The position numbers and the translations under genes are program-made. Shown here piece by piece: positions 1 through 11,866 of a DNA stretch of 64,000 bases (positions are counted from its first letter, which is position 1; the number at the start of each line of letters is the position of its first letter). The notes below the pieces were generated by a model. It did not search any database. It saw nothing but the letters and a program-made list of their open reading frames with translations, and was not told where the DNA came from. This DNA is from Ranitomeya imitator (taxonomy: Eukaryota), in NCBI RefSeq assembly GCF_032444005.1, contig NC_091282.1, forward strand, positions 1,153,324,001-1,153,388,000. The letters are read 5' to 3'.

Positions 1-58
1 ACACTTTGGCTAAAGAATAGAGACTTGTTGGAACTTCACGAGCGCAATGACAAATGCC
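1..58 (+). CDS. Candidate host-gene exon, 3' part only (TLWLKNRDLLELHERNDKC, phase-1 end)
   Basis: Frame 1 is open from the window start to a strong donor GCC|GTAAGT at 58/59; the other two frames have stops; CpGs retained. Protein not recognised. Confidence 0.3.
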
Positions 59-603
59 GTAAGTCTTTTTTTACAACTGTACCCCAGTCTTAGTGGTTCT
101 TCTATATTGATTACTTTTAATAATACTTCAATCTTAGGATTTTAGGTTGGGACACACATGCCAAAATGCGATTTTCTTTGCTACTAATTATTTTACATGT
201 TAAAATAAAAGGTTTTTATTTTCATGGTATTTTTCACAGGTTTTCATCACAATTTTATTTTTCTAAAAAGTACCTAAACTTTTAGCAAAGTGAGACAAAA
301 GGTAATACCTAGAACTAACACGCTTGTCTTTGCAGGAGAAAATCCATACATTTAGTAGATATTGATGTTAATTTGTTATTATTGAGCTGACCTAATTAAT
401 GCTGTCTTGGAATGTTACTGCAAATTGTTTAGACATCTGTTGTCAGTATGGAAGAAAACACCATTGACTGATTATCAAGATTTCACTCACTCTATCTTCA
501 TAATTAAATGATTTTTAATCAGCTCATCCAATGCATCTATGTGATGATGGAAGCCTTATTTTGCTTTACAATTTAAAATATTATTAGTGAAGCAAACGCT
601 TAT

Positions 604-1346
604 TGCACCCCATGATCCTGTTTGCCTTGGCAGCTGCTGCCTGGCACTGGCTGCTCCAGGTAAGTTTATCATTAACTAGGATCCCCAAGTCCTTCTCCCT
701 GTCAGATTTACCCAGTGGTTTCCCGTTCAGTGTGTAATGGTGATATTGATTCCTTCTTCCCATGTGTATAACCTTACATTTATCATTTTTAAACCTCATC
801 TGCCACCTTTCAGCCCAAGTTTCCAACTTATCCAGATCCATCTGTAGCAGAATACTATCTTCTCTTGTATTAACTGCTTTACATAGTTTTGTATCATCTG
901 CAAATATCGATATTTTACTGTGTAAACCTTCTACCAGATCATTAATGAATATGTTGAAGAGAACAGGTCCCAATACTGACCCCTGCGGTACCCCACTGGT
1001 CACAGCGACCCAGTTAGAGACTATACCATTTATAACCACCCTCTGCTTTCTATCACTAAGCCAGTTACTAACCCATTTACACACAATTTCCCCCAGACCA
1101 AGCATTCTCATTTTGTGTACCAACCTCTTGTGCGGCACGGTATCAAACGCTTTGGAAAAATCGAGATATACCACGTCCAATGACTCACCGTGGTCCAGCC
1201 TATAGCTTACCTCTTCATAAAAACTGATTAGATTGGTTTGACAGGAGCGATTTCTCATAAACCCATGCTGATATGGAGTTAAACAGTTATTCTCATTGAG
1301 ATAATCCAGAATAACATCCCTCAGAAACCCTTCAAATATTTTACCA
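604..1346 (-). mobile_element. CR1 LINE fragment (RT region), truncated at both ends
   Basis: ORF 584..1258 has RT motifs YLDFSKAFDTVPH, SGVPQGSVLGPVLFNIFIND and FADD; near-identical to the copy at 3628..4327; no 3' tail. Confidence 0.95.
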
Positions 1347-1455
1347 GTGTCAGTCTGGATATAGTAGTCTTAATTTATCAAAACTCTCTAAACTCAATGT
1401 ATTTCAGCAGTCAAAGGCATGGAAAAACAAGTTCTCCAATTCAGCACAAGATTAA

Positions 1456-1828
1456 GGCTATATACACATGTTGCAGATATGGCTGCGGATCCACAGCTGA
1501 TTTGACGTTGCAGATTCGCAGCAGTTTTCCAAGTGTTGTACAGTACCATGTAAACCTATGGAAAACCAAATTCGCAGTGAACATGCTTCGGAAAATTCCA
1601 CGCAGAAATGCTGCAGTTTATTTTCCACAGCATGTCAATTATTTGTGCAGATTCCACAGCGTTTTACACCTGTTCCATAATTGGAATCCGCAGGTGTAAA
1701 AACGCAGGTGAAATCTGCACAAAATCCGCAGTAAATCCGCAGGTAATCCACAGGGTGTTTTACCTGTGGATTTTTCTAAATCTGCGTGGAAAAATCTGCA
1801 CACGAATCCACAACATGTGCACATACCC
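1456..1828. mobile_element. Harbinger-type MITE
   Basis: Imperfect TIRs GGCTATATACACATGTTG / CAACATGTGCACATACCC, TAA on both flanks, internal CCGCAG/CTGCGG repeats. Confidence 0.7.
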
Positions 1829-2284
1829 TAAATCTTTATTGTGATAGCATAAAAGAATGTAGTATAGGCTTAACAAAGGTTACTTGTTGATGCTTTCAAG
1901 TCTTACTTACTTTTAGTCCTTTTACAAGAAATTCTGTATCATTACTAGTGAAAATAAGCAAATGTATTCCAATGAATTGAATTCTACTTGAATGTTACAA
2001 AAATTTGTATTCCACAGAGATTTTTTTGTTCTTCACTATGAGCAAATTCCGCAAAATGACAGTCAGTTGTTACTAACAGTTTACTGAACTGTAGAGGGCT
2101 GGTAAATGGTTGAAAAGAAAGTACTGTATTTTTTGCTTTATAAGACGCAACTGATTATAAGATGCACCCCCAAATTTGGTGAAGAAATTTTTTTTATGTT
2201 AAATGGGGTCTGTCTTATAATGCCAGTGTCCGTCTTACAAATCATATGTCCCTCATCCTGGTATCTATATAACCCCCATCCTTG

Positions 2285-3240
2285 TCCTGGCACACGCCCC
2301 CCTGTGCTGCTGTCAGGCACACGCCTCTCCTGGGTCACTATATGCCCCCCTGTGCTGCTGGCAGACACATGCCCCCCTGGGTCACTATATGCCCCCTGTG
2401 CTGCTGGCAGGCACATGCCCCCCTGGGTCACTATATGCCCCCTAGTCACAATATGTCCCCTTGTGCTGCTGGCAGGCACATGGCCCCCTGGGTCACTATA
2501 TGCCCCCCTGTGCTGGCAGACACATGCCCCCCTTGGTCACTATATGCCCCCCTGTGCTGGCAGGCACATGCCCCCCTGGGTCACTATATGCCCCCCTGTG
2601 CTGGCAGGCACATGCCCACCTGGTCACAATAAGCCCACCTGGGTTACTATATGTTCCCCTGTGCTGGCAGGGACATGCCCCCTGTGCTGCTGGCAGGCAC
2701 ATGCCCCTTGGTCACAATATGTCCCCTTGTGTTGCTGGCAGGGACATGCCCCCCTGTGCTGCTGGCAGGCACATGCCCCCTGGGTCACTATATTATGTCC
2801 CCTGTGCTGCTGGCAGACACATGCCCCCAGTGCTGCTGGCAGACACATGCCCCCTCTGTGCTGTTGGCGGGCACATGCCCCCCTGTGCTGCTGGTAGACA
2901 CATGCCCCCCTGTGCTGCTGGCAGGCACATGCCTCTTGGTCACAATATGTCCCCTTGTGCTGCTGGCAGGGACATGCCCCCCTGTGCTGCTGGCAGGCAC
3001 ATGCCCCCTGGGTCACTATATTATGTCCCCTGTGCTGCTGGCAGACATATGCCCCCAGTGCTGCTGGCAGACACATGCCCCCTCTGTGCTGTTGGCGGGC
3101 ACATGCCCCCCTGTGCTGCTGGCAGACACATGCCCCCCTGTGCTGCTGGCAGACATATGCCCCCCTGTGCTGCTGGCAGACACATGCCCCCTGTGCTGCT
3201 GGCAGACACATGCCCCCTCCCTGTGCTGCTGGCAGGCACA
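2285..3240. repeat. GC-rich minisatellite (GCCCCCTGTGCTGCTGGCAGGCACAT ~26 nt mixed with GCCCCCTGGGTCACTATAT ~19 nt)
   Basis: Units read directly; includes a 228-bp higher-order duplication (GTCACAATATGTCCCC at 2711 and 2939). Confidence 0.95.
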
Positions 3241-3627
3241 TGATAAAATAATAAACACTTAACTCACCTTCCGATGATGGCTTCATGCTCACAGCTCCTC
3301 GGTTGTGCTTCCTATTTCCCAGGCATTGGATCATGTGATCTGGGCACACAGTGATGTCATCACTGTGCTGTGCCGATCACATGATTGGATGTCAGCATAG
3401 ACATAGGAAGCACAACAAAGAAGCTGTGAGCATGAAGCCATCATCGGAAGGTGAGTTAAGTGTTTGTTATTTTATCATGTGCCTGCCAGCAGCACAGGGA
3501 GGGCAAATAAGAGTGACCAGGGGGGCCATATCCATGATGGGAGGAGGGGAGATGCAGGCACATGTAATATTAACTGCTCCCCTGTGAATCAACTCAGCAC
3601 AGGTTCAGCACTGAGATGATGGACAGC

Positions 3628-4960
3628 ATCTCAATGAGAATAACTGTTTAACTCCATATCAGCATGGGTTTATGAGAAATCGCTCCTGTCAAACCAATCT
3701 AATCAGTTTTTATGAAGAGGTAAGCTATAGGCTGGACCACGGTGAGTCATTGGACGTGGTATATCTCGATTTTTCCAAAGCGTTTGATACCGTGCCGCAC
3801 AAGAGGTTGGTACACAAAATGAGAATGCTTGGTCTGGGGGAAAATGTGTGTAAATGGGTTAGTAACTGGCTTAGTGATAGAAAGCAGAGGGTGGTTATAA
3901 ATGGTATAGTCTCTAACTGGGTCGCTGTGACCAGTGGGGTACCGCAGGGGTCAGTATTGGGACCTGTTCTCTTCAACATATTCATTAATGATCTGGTAGA
4001 AGGTTTACACAGTAAAATATCGATATTTGCAGATGATACAAAACTATGTAAAGCAGTTAATACAAGAGAAGATAGTATTCTGCTACAGATGGATCTGGAT
4101 AAGTTGGAAACTTGGGCTGAAAGGTGGCAGATGAGGTTTAACAATGATAAATGTAAGGTTATACACATGGGAAGAAGGAATCAATATCACCATTACACAC
4201 TGAATGGGAAACCACTGGGTAAATCTGACAGGGAGAAGGACTTGGGGATCCTAGTTAATGATAAACTTACCTGGAGCAGCCAGTGCCAGGCAGCAGCTGC
4301 CAAGGCAAACAGGATCATGGGGTGCATTAAAAGAGGTCTGGATACACATGATGAGAGCATTATACTGCCTCTGTACAAATCCCTAGTTAGACCGCACATG
4401 GAGTACTGTGTCCAGTTTTGGGCACCGGTGCTCAGGAAGGATATAATGGAACTAGAGAGAGTACAAAGGAGGGCAACAAAATTAATAAAGGGGATGGGAG
4501 AACTACAATACCCAGATAGATTAGTGAAATTAGGATTATTTAGTCTAGAAAAAAGACGACTGAGGGGCGATCTAATAACCATGTATAAGTATATAAGGGG
4601 ACAATACAAATATCTCGCTGAGGATCTGTTTATACCAAGGAAGGTGACGGGCACAAGGGGGCATTCTTTGCGTCTGGAGGAGAGAAGGTTTTTCCACCAA
4701 CATAGAAGAGAATTCTTTACTGTTAGGGCGGTGAGAATCTGGAATTGCTTGCCTGAGGAGTTGGTGATGGCGAACTCAGTCGAGGGGTTCAAGAGAGGCC
4801 TGGATGTCTTCCTGGAGCAGAACAATATTGTATCATACAATTATTAGGTTCTGTAGAAGGACGTAGATCTGGGGATTTATTATGATGGAATATAGGCTGA
4901 ACTGGATGGACAAATGTCTTTTTTCGGCCTTACTAACTATGTTACTATGTTACTATGTTA
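3628..4960 (+). mobile_element. 5'-truncated CR1 LINE with intact 3' end
   Basis: RT ORF, 3' UTR and (GTTACTAT)n tail ending at 4960; inserted inside the pogo-like element. Confidence 0.97.
3672..4847 (+). CDS. CR1 ORF2 C-terminal part (reverse transcriptase domain), uninterrupted 391 aa, no endonuclease
   Basis: Motifs LDFSKAFDTVPH, GVPQGSVLGPVLF, FADD, EKDLG, LERVQRRATKLI, LEKRRLRGDLI. The ATG is an internal Met exposed by 5' truncation. Confidence 0.9.
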   Translation: MRNRSCQTNLISFYEEVSYRLDHGESLDVVYLDFSKAFDTVPHKRLVHKMRMLGLGENVCKWVSNWLSDRKQRVVINGIVSNWVAVTSGVPQGSVLGPVLFNIFINDLVEGLHSKISIFADDTKLCKAVNTREDSILLQMDLDKLETWAERWQMRFNNDKCKVIHMGRRNQYHHYTLNGKPLGKSDREKDLGILVNDKLTWSSQCQAAAAKANRIMGCIKRGLDTHDESIILPLYKSLVRPHMEYCVQFWAPVLRKDIMELERVQRRATKLIKGMGELQYPDRLVKLGLFSLEKRRLRGDLITMYKYIRGQYKYLAEDLFIPRKVTGTRGHSLRLEERRFFHQHRREFFTVRAVRIWNCLPEELVMANSVEGFKRGLDVFLEQNNIVSYNY

Positions 4961-6086
4961 GGTGCAGTGAATATTACATGAGGCTAATGAGCGGGAGCAC
5001 AGGACCTCCTGCTGTCTCAGCAGCCCACCCCAGCCCCTGACACCACCCTAGAGCTGCCCCCCTCCTCTACAGCACAGCACAGCAAACAGTTTCGGATTAT
5101 AAGACGCACCCCTTACTTTCCCCAAAAATTTTGGGGAGCAAAAGTGCGTCTTATAATCCAAAAAATATGGTAATAGCTCATCGCTAACCTATCTCACTTC
5201 CCAAATAGCCCATCATTCGGCCCTCAATGACTCTTCTTTACAATTTTTCCAGTTGCATGCCTTTTCTTTGGCTTGCTCCACTCTTGGTGGGGCTTCCAGC
5301 TTTCCTAGCCTTTTCTGTCACTGCACAGTGTACCATTGTGATGCATGACTTGACTGATGTGAGTCCCCAGAGGCACAGACTAGACCTTAACTGACGCATA
5401 TCAACATCAGATGCATGCTCGAACCAGAAGTTCTGGCACAAAGTGAAGATGGACAAAGAAGATGCTCATGACTGAGGAAAGCAAAGAGAAGAGAACTGAA
5501 AAGTAGACTATGATAATGGAAGGGCAGATGAGGGGTGAGATGAGTATTAAGGGTTTTTTTTTTACATCCTACTGTTATTATTCTCAGAGCTTTGGAGAGA
5601 CCCAAGAGCATAATAAGGCCTTGTTCTATTTGGGATAAATAACTTTGGTGCAAATCAAATTTTCCTGAAAAATCCACCCAATTTGCCTAACGCAAGTCTT
5701 GATATACTGGATCATCTTTAGTTACTATGCAATGACTGGGCGACAGGTCACAGAAGTTGGCATGTTTCGTTTATAGCCATTAAGTTTGAGGTAGTGTAAA
5801 AGGAAAACTTCATGAACACCCATGACAACGGCTGCTATGGCAACTATCTGTCATTGTAAAGGAAGAAATTCAGCATATGAGAAGTGGAAACATATTCAGT
5901 TATTCAGTTGTATCAGCAGAACTTGCCGTGTATTTCAAGCTAAGGTATCTGTGATAGAAAGAAGTAAAAACTGGGAAGAATAATCTGGCAGCACAGTGTT
6001 ACCGCATTTACAACATCAGATCAATGGGTTATGGTGTTTATGCACTTGATGCTGACACTGACTTTTCAATTTGCATCTTGTCAAAG

Positions 6087-6170
6087 GTGAAAACAGAATT
6101 CCTGCACCAGTAAATCAGCCCAGCAGTGCGATGAACCGACTTCTGGATTATCTCTCAAATATAAGAATAT
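6087..6170 (+). CDS. Candidate host exon (ENRIPAPVNQPSSAMNRLLDYLSNIRI), phase 1 to phase 1
   Basis: Acceptor ttttcaatttgcatcttgtcaaAG, one open frame, weak donor TAT|GTATTT. Confidence 0.15.
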
Positions 6171-8388
6171 GTATTTCCAAGCCTAGGGGAACCATTTTTG
6201 GGACATGACATTGCTGAAATTTTATAAAGAGATGTAATGTCACTATGCTGATACATTTCTATAAAAGATATACAGGATAGATAAAATGCCCTTTAAGAAA
6301 ATTTGCATTTTATGTTACATTTCTAGTATCACACACTGAATGTGTCCAATGGGGAAAGAACGTTAACAAAGAGTTGGCTGAATGTACAGCTTACTAATGA
6401 TAATGTCCCTTTACATTGTTTGACACATAAACAGATGTTTAAAATAAAGTCTTTTTACACTTCATTTTTAATATACAATTTTCTTATTGACTAATCGATA
6501 GCGTGTTTATTTCATCAGACCAGTCATCCTCAGACTAGTCGCCCCGTGGGTGTGACAGCATGATTTGTAAGAGTTGGCATCATTGCCGCCTCTCAACAAA
6601 CGTTGCACATGCGCTGAGTTTCTTGCCTACACATCATTGCGCCTCTGAATCTGGATATTTGATATAAGAATATTTGATATGAGGACCTACCATTTATCCA
6701 TTTATGATGGCCACCCCAAATGATCGCTTACTCAAAGATTGTCGTCATTTGAAGCTTTTTGTTATAACACCATTTTTTATTTTGGCGTTTTTGGTGGAAA
6801 ATATTAAAGATTTTGATTTTCCCAAATTATATTAATACGAAATAAAAGTTTTAAAGACTTTATTTAAAAGAGTAAACTGAGTTCAGCATCACAAAGCTTT
6901 AAAAACATCATAATGTCTAGGTCGTAGCTCTTAAATGACAAACACGGCAGGCAAACACCGAGAGAATCTGAGTAAGTGATTTACACTGAGACATTTAATC
7001 TGCAAACAAAAAGCAACCTAATACCTTAGCACTACTCATAAATAAACCGATTCTGTTCCATTAAATCCCCCACAACCAATAGGGACTTGTCAACTTTAAA
7101 AACAATGTTTTTTCCAGCCACATACCAGTAAATTACCATAAAATGTAATAACTTATTCTAAACATTCAGAATAAAATGAAATTTACATGCAGATACAGCA
7201 GACCTGCGCAAACTGAAGCTCATGGGCCACATCAAGCCCTATATTCGTTCCTCTGCAGTCTGTGGAATGGGACAGCCAAAGGACTTTATAAAATAGGTAC
7301 CTAGGCCGCTTCACAATGTCACCCTCACTCGCCTATTGTCATAATTTACCTTGGCTTCTCTAACCACTGGATACATGAGCCAGTGAATATGGTGGTGGAA
7401 CAAGGAACCGTCAGCGTTTTCTTCCACCATTTAGTCTGAGTGACCGAGACTCAAAACAGTAGGAGCAATGACATCACTAGATGATGTCTGCTGTGAGGAA
7501 CCTCAGTCTACACACAACGAAGACCAGAGCAGTATGCCAATGTAATGGGGCTAGGCGAGTAGTATTTTTTTGATTTGTCATGTAAGGACATCATAGTGTT
7601 TTGGGGAGAGCGCTTGATCAAGGTACAAGGACTGAACAACTGTAGCAGCCTGATTTATAAGCTTTGTAAAAAAGCAATAAATTATATGGTTTTGATTAGC
7701 TGCTACTGAGAAGAATACCTGTTGCAATAAACCCTGTTATAACATGAATTGTGGGTTTCAGCTAGTTAACATACTTATTTTGTTCAATATTAAGCTGAAA
7801 ATAATATTAATGTAAAATACTATGAATAATACTAATACTATTAATAATACGAATAATAACAATCAACTATTAATATTGAGGTCTATTGGTTTTGCCCTTT
7901 TTCACAGTCACTGTTTATCATGTGAATCCTTGCACAAAATAAATGCCCACCCCTGAGATACAATAAAATACAGATAATATGAAATCATATGTATGGGTTT
8001 TATGAGCTCTGAAATATGTATGTAGATGTAGCTAAAATTGTCATTCAGTTACATCATTAGCTTTACCAACAGTGCTCTGAAAAACAACGTATAAGGCAAT
8101 ATCTATGATATCTCTTGTGTCATATGGAAAACATACCTCACTACCACAGCCTTGTGTTACTTAGTACTAGTAAATGGGTACGCATCCCTCCTTTGCTCCT
8201 AGGCATATTAGTGTTACTAGTTTACACTTTCAGCCCAACAATTACTGTAAAGTGGGAATGTAGACAGCACAAATGTTATAGAAACTCTAGGGCCTGGGAG
8301 GAGACAGTATCATGTCACAATCAAATACTGAGAAGTTATTAAAAAGTTGTAGTTGTCATGTAAAATCACGCTAATAATTACTAACAAC

Positions 8389-8948
8389 TAGTGTTGAGCA
8401 TTCCGATACCGCAAGTATCGGGTATCGGCCGATACTTGCGGTATCGGAATTCCGATACCGAGATCCGATACTTTTGTGGTATTGGGTATCGGTATCGGAT
8501 CCATAGGGATGTGTAAAATAAAGAATTAAAATAAAAAATATTGATATATTCACCTCTCCGGCGGCCCCTGTACATCACGCTGCTAACCGGCAGGCATCTT
8601 TGTTTAAAATGAGCGCGTTTAGGGCCTGCGAATGACATTGCGGCTTCTGATTGGTCGCGTGCCGCTCATGTGACCGCCACGCGACCAATCAGAAGCCGCA
8701 ACGTCATTCGCAGGTCCTAAATTCCTTCACTAAACTCCTAATTCTAGGAATTTAGGACCTGCGAATGACGTCACATCCCTCTCCTTCAGACCCTGGGAAC
8801 CATAGAGGATACCTTCCGATACTTGGTGTCCCATTGACTTGTATTGGTATCGGATATCGGTATCGGCGATATCCGATATTTTTCGGGTATCGGCCGATAC
8901 TATCCGATACCGATACTTTCAAGTATCGGACGGTATCGCTCAACACTA
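8389..8948. mobile_element. hAT MITE (internally deleted copy)
   Basis: TIR TAGTGTTGAGC / GCTCAACACTA; perfect 8-bp TSD CTAACAAC (8381-8388, 8949-8956); subterminal CCGATAC/GTATCGG repeats. Confidence 0.92.
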
Positions 8949-9978
8949 CTAACAACATAATTAATAGGTTTAAAGGGGATAAACACTTTTTACATAACTT
9001 TTTAGGTCATGTTAAGTTAGCGAAAGGGGGGCCTTTGTTCAGCACTTGGCTATGTCAGCAGCACAGATTGTTAATCTTTGAGTATCTGAAGTAGTTTGCA
9101 GTATTCCTGAATAGCAACTTCTACCAGTGAAATTCACCATCTTAGGTTAGTCTTACAAGCCCCTTAAAATGATCACCCATCTTAAATAACATTTTTACCA
9201 TAAATGCATAATATATGATTAAAATATCTCATGCCCTTCCTTTTACTCCTTGTGCTGGTGTCCTTCCTTTGTCTGTCCTCTCTTTTTTCAATGTATGCCA
9301 GCTTTTTAGACTACTTTATCCTTATTATGTAGTTTAAGACACTCCCTATACTCTTGGTTAGTCCACCATAGAGTAGCGGCTAGACTATACACACTGTACT
9401 TTGGTAGTCTGAGATATTTCCTTATATCGAATTAGACGACCAACCAACAGCAGGCAGGGCTAGGGATCTAGAGATACACCCCTGCTTTTGTATGGACCAA
9501 TAAAGAGAAAGGGAGTGTCTCAAACTACTAAAGCATGCTTTGCAATAGTAGTGTAGGAAGCTGGCACCATTTTTACAGAAATTGGAAAAACAAAATCGAA
9601 AAGACTAGAAATGGAAGTTTCAGGTATTTTATATTATGCATAAAACATTTACTGTGATTTATTTTTATAGTAAACCAAAAGGCTAGTTTGAGAAATTCTA
9701 CTTTTTGTCAAATACAGAATTCTTATCCTTATTCTTGAGATGATCAAAATCCCCAACAGATGAGTGCCGTGAATGGAAATGGAAAAAAAAGTTGGTGTGA
9801 GGTTTGATTGAAAAGACATGGAAACTGGTTATTACTGAGAATATTCACATCACTGAGAAGAAGAAAAATTTGTGAGACTGAATGACATTGGAAGCTGGAA
9901 AAAATGTACATTGTAAAAGTAAAATCTATGTTTGAGTAGATTTGTTATTTTGTCTTATAATCAACAGTATCTGTATTA

Positions 9979-10032
9979 ATATATATATATATATATATAG
10001 ATATATATATCTATATATATATATATATATAT
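9979..10032. repeat. (TA)n microsatellite, interrupted
   Basis: Read directly. Confidence 0.95.
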
Positions 10033-10380
10033 AACGCAATACAGCTGAATTTATAATTGCCTGGGCCATTTACTAAGAACTTTTCAGATTGTTTGTAACA
10101 AGAGCTGGCATAAAGATGAAAAGATTGAAACTGATCTTGTATGAACACATCTGCTAAAGGAATCAACAGGATATTATTATGGAGCTATATATGGCTGTTA
10201 TTGGTGCCCACTGTAGAGTCCTTCAAAGAAAATGTTAACATTATCAACCAATCAATAGCAAACTGAAGAAACATCATGTGGATTCCGATTGTATTGGGCT
10301 CGGATGGGCATGTGACGAATGACTGTATCAGTCACAGAAAGAAACTGCAATGAAAAAGCAGGAGTGCCAGCAGTCAAAGA

Positions 10381-10666
10381 AGGAATGGATTTTTGGATGA
10401 GTAAACCACAAGTTAGCACTTAATCCATGAGTGGAGATGGATCCCAACATCCCACCTCTTTTCCCAGCACACCTTCTAACTTCTAGCCAAGAACATCTTC
10501 TGAATCTCCGCTGAGACGATGGATTTGAAAAATGTGATGGGATACAGAAAGTGCACTCAGCTACAAGTTAGAAGGTGTGCTGGGAAAAGAGGTGGGATAT
10601 TGGGATCCATCTACTCTCATGGATTAAGTGCTAACTTGTGGTTTACTCATCCAAAAATCCATTCCT
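10381..10666. repeat. Inverted repeat, ~107-bp arms, ~72-bp spacer
   Basis: 10381..10487 is the near reverse complement of 10560..10666. Confidence 0.9.
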
Positions 10667-11827
10667 GCCCTTCTAGCTTGCAGTCCTGTTTTTACATTAG
10701 AATTTCTGTTTGTCCATATAGAGTCTACAGAGAGGACCACCGGCTACTGGTAGTAATTGGCTGACCAAAAAGTTTGTTTGGATTTATGTGAGAGGCAGGG
10801 TTGGCACTCATAAAGCGTAGGTCTCATTCTTGAAACCCAAATCCTGGTTTTCCTGTGTCCAGAGTCCATTCAGAAGCACTTCACTAGAGCTCTGTTTTTC
10901 TGATTCCTATCCCTTTATATCAGCCACAGGTCAATCTGGATGGAACAAAGATGTACAAAAACCATTAGAAGATCCATTAGCATTGAAGCTGGAATAAAAG
11001 AAAATTGTTAAAACGAGTATTCTGGATAAACTATTAATTTAGTAGCAACATTTACTAAGTACAAGTACGAAAAAAAATGTAATTTGCACAATATTCAAAA
11101 GGGGATGTGGGTACTATTCCAGAATCAACCTTAACTGTGACATTGTTGGTACTTTTTACTGGATGTCTTAATACAGGTATCTAGAAATACATCTTAAATG
11201 TGAAGCAATAAACATAAGTCTGAACACGGTAATTATCTCATCTGTTTCCATATGGCAAAATACCAACTTGGACTTGAAAGTCATGATTAATGAGCAAGGC
11301 GAAAAAAATAATAATTCTGTATGTGAAATGCTGAAATGCGCTTATTAAATAATTTATTGCATTTCAGAAATGGCATAAACAATATGTTTTCTAAGCTCCA
11401 GGGCAAAATCCGCAAGAAGTAGAAACTCACCTGAAACATAACATCACATATCATTACATATATGTTGCCTTATGTATATGCTGCTATAAGACATTAGTGG
11501 CCAGATCTACCATCATCATTCTGAAAGTGCTGGCTTAGTTTAAAGCAATATGTCTCAACTTCATGAAGGGGACTCTGACAATCTCATTATTTTCTAAGAG
11601 AAAAAATATAGACTTGTAGATCTTGGGAGTCACTGAAAGCATTCATATTACACCATTGAAAGGAGAATCTATCTTAATTCAAAATGTATTCCTTTATTAA
11701 ATTGTTTAATTTCAAATCTCCTGTATTTTATCTTGAGAATGCCATAAACATTAGATTTTGGGCCCAGGGCAAAATTAAACTAAAGCTAAAGTTTGAGAAT
11801 AATATCAGAGAATACAAAATCGTACTT

Positions 11828-11864
<37 letters not shown>

Positions 11865-11866
<2 letters not shown>

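Larger units (their letters stand above)
2124..5170. mobile_element. Non-autonomous Tc1/mariner (pogo/Tc2-like) element with minisatellite and central hairpin, interrupted by CR1
   Basis: TIRs CTGTATTTTTTGCTTTATAAGACGCA and TGCGTCTTATAATCCAAAAAATATGG; TA at 2122-2123 and 5171-5172. Confidence 0.8.

Noticed and set aside
2106-3349. Many overlapping long Cys/Pro/Gln-rich ORFs
   Set aside because: They are translations of a stop-poor minisatellite, open in most frames on both strands.
762-4840. ORFs 762..1205, 3725..4168 and 4193..4840 (also 56641..56976)
   Set aside because: Antisense shadows of the CR1 RT frame.
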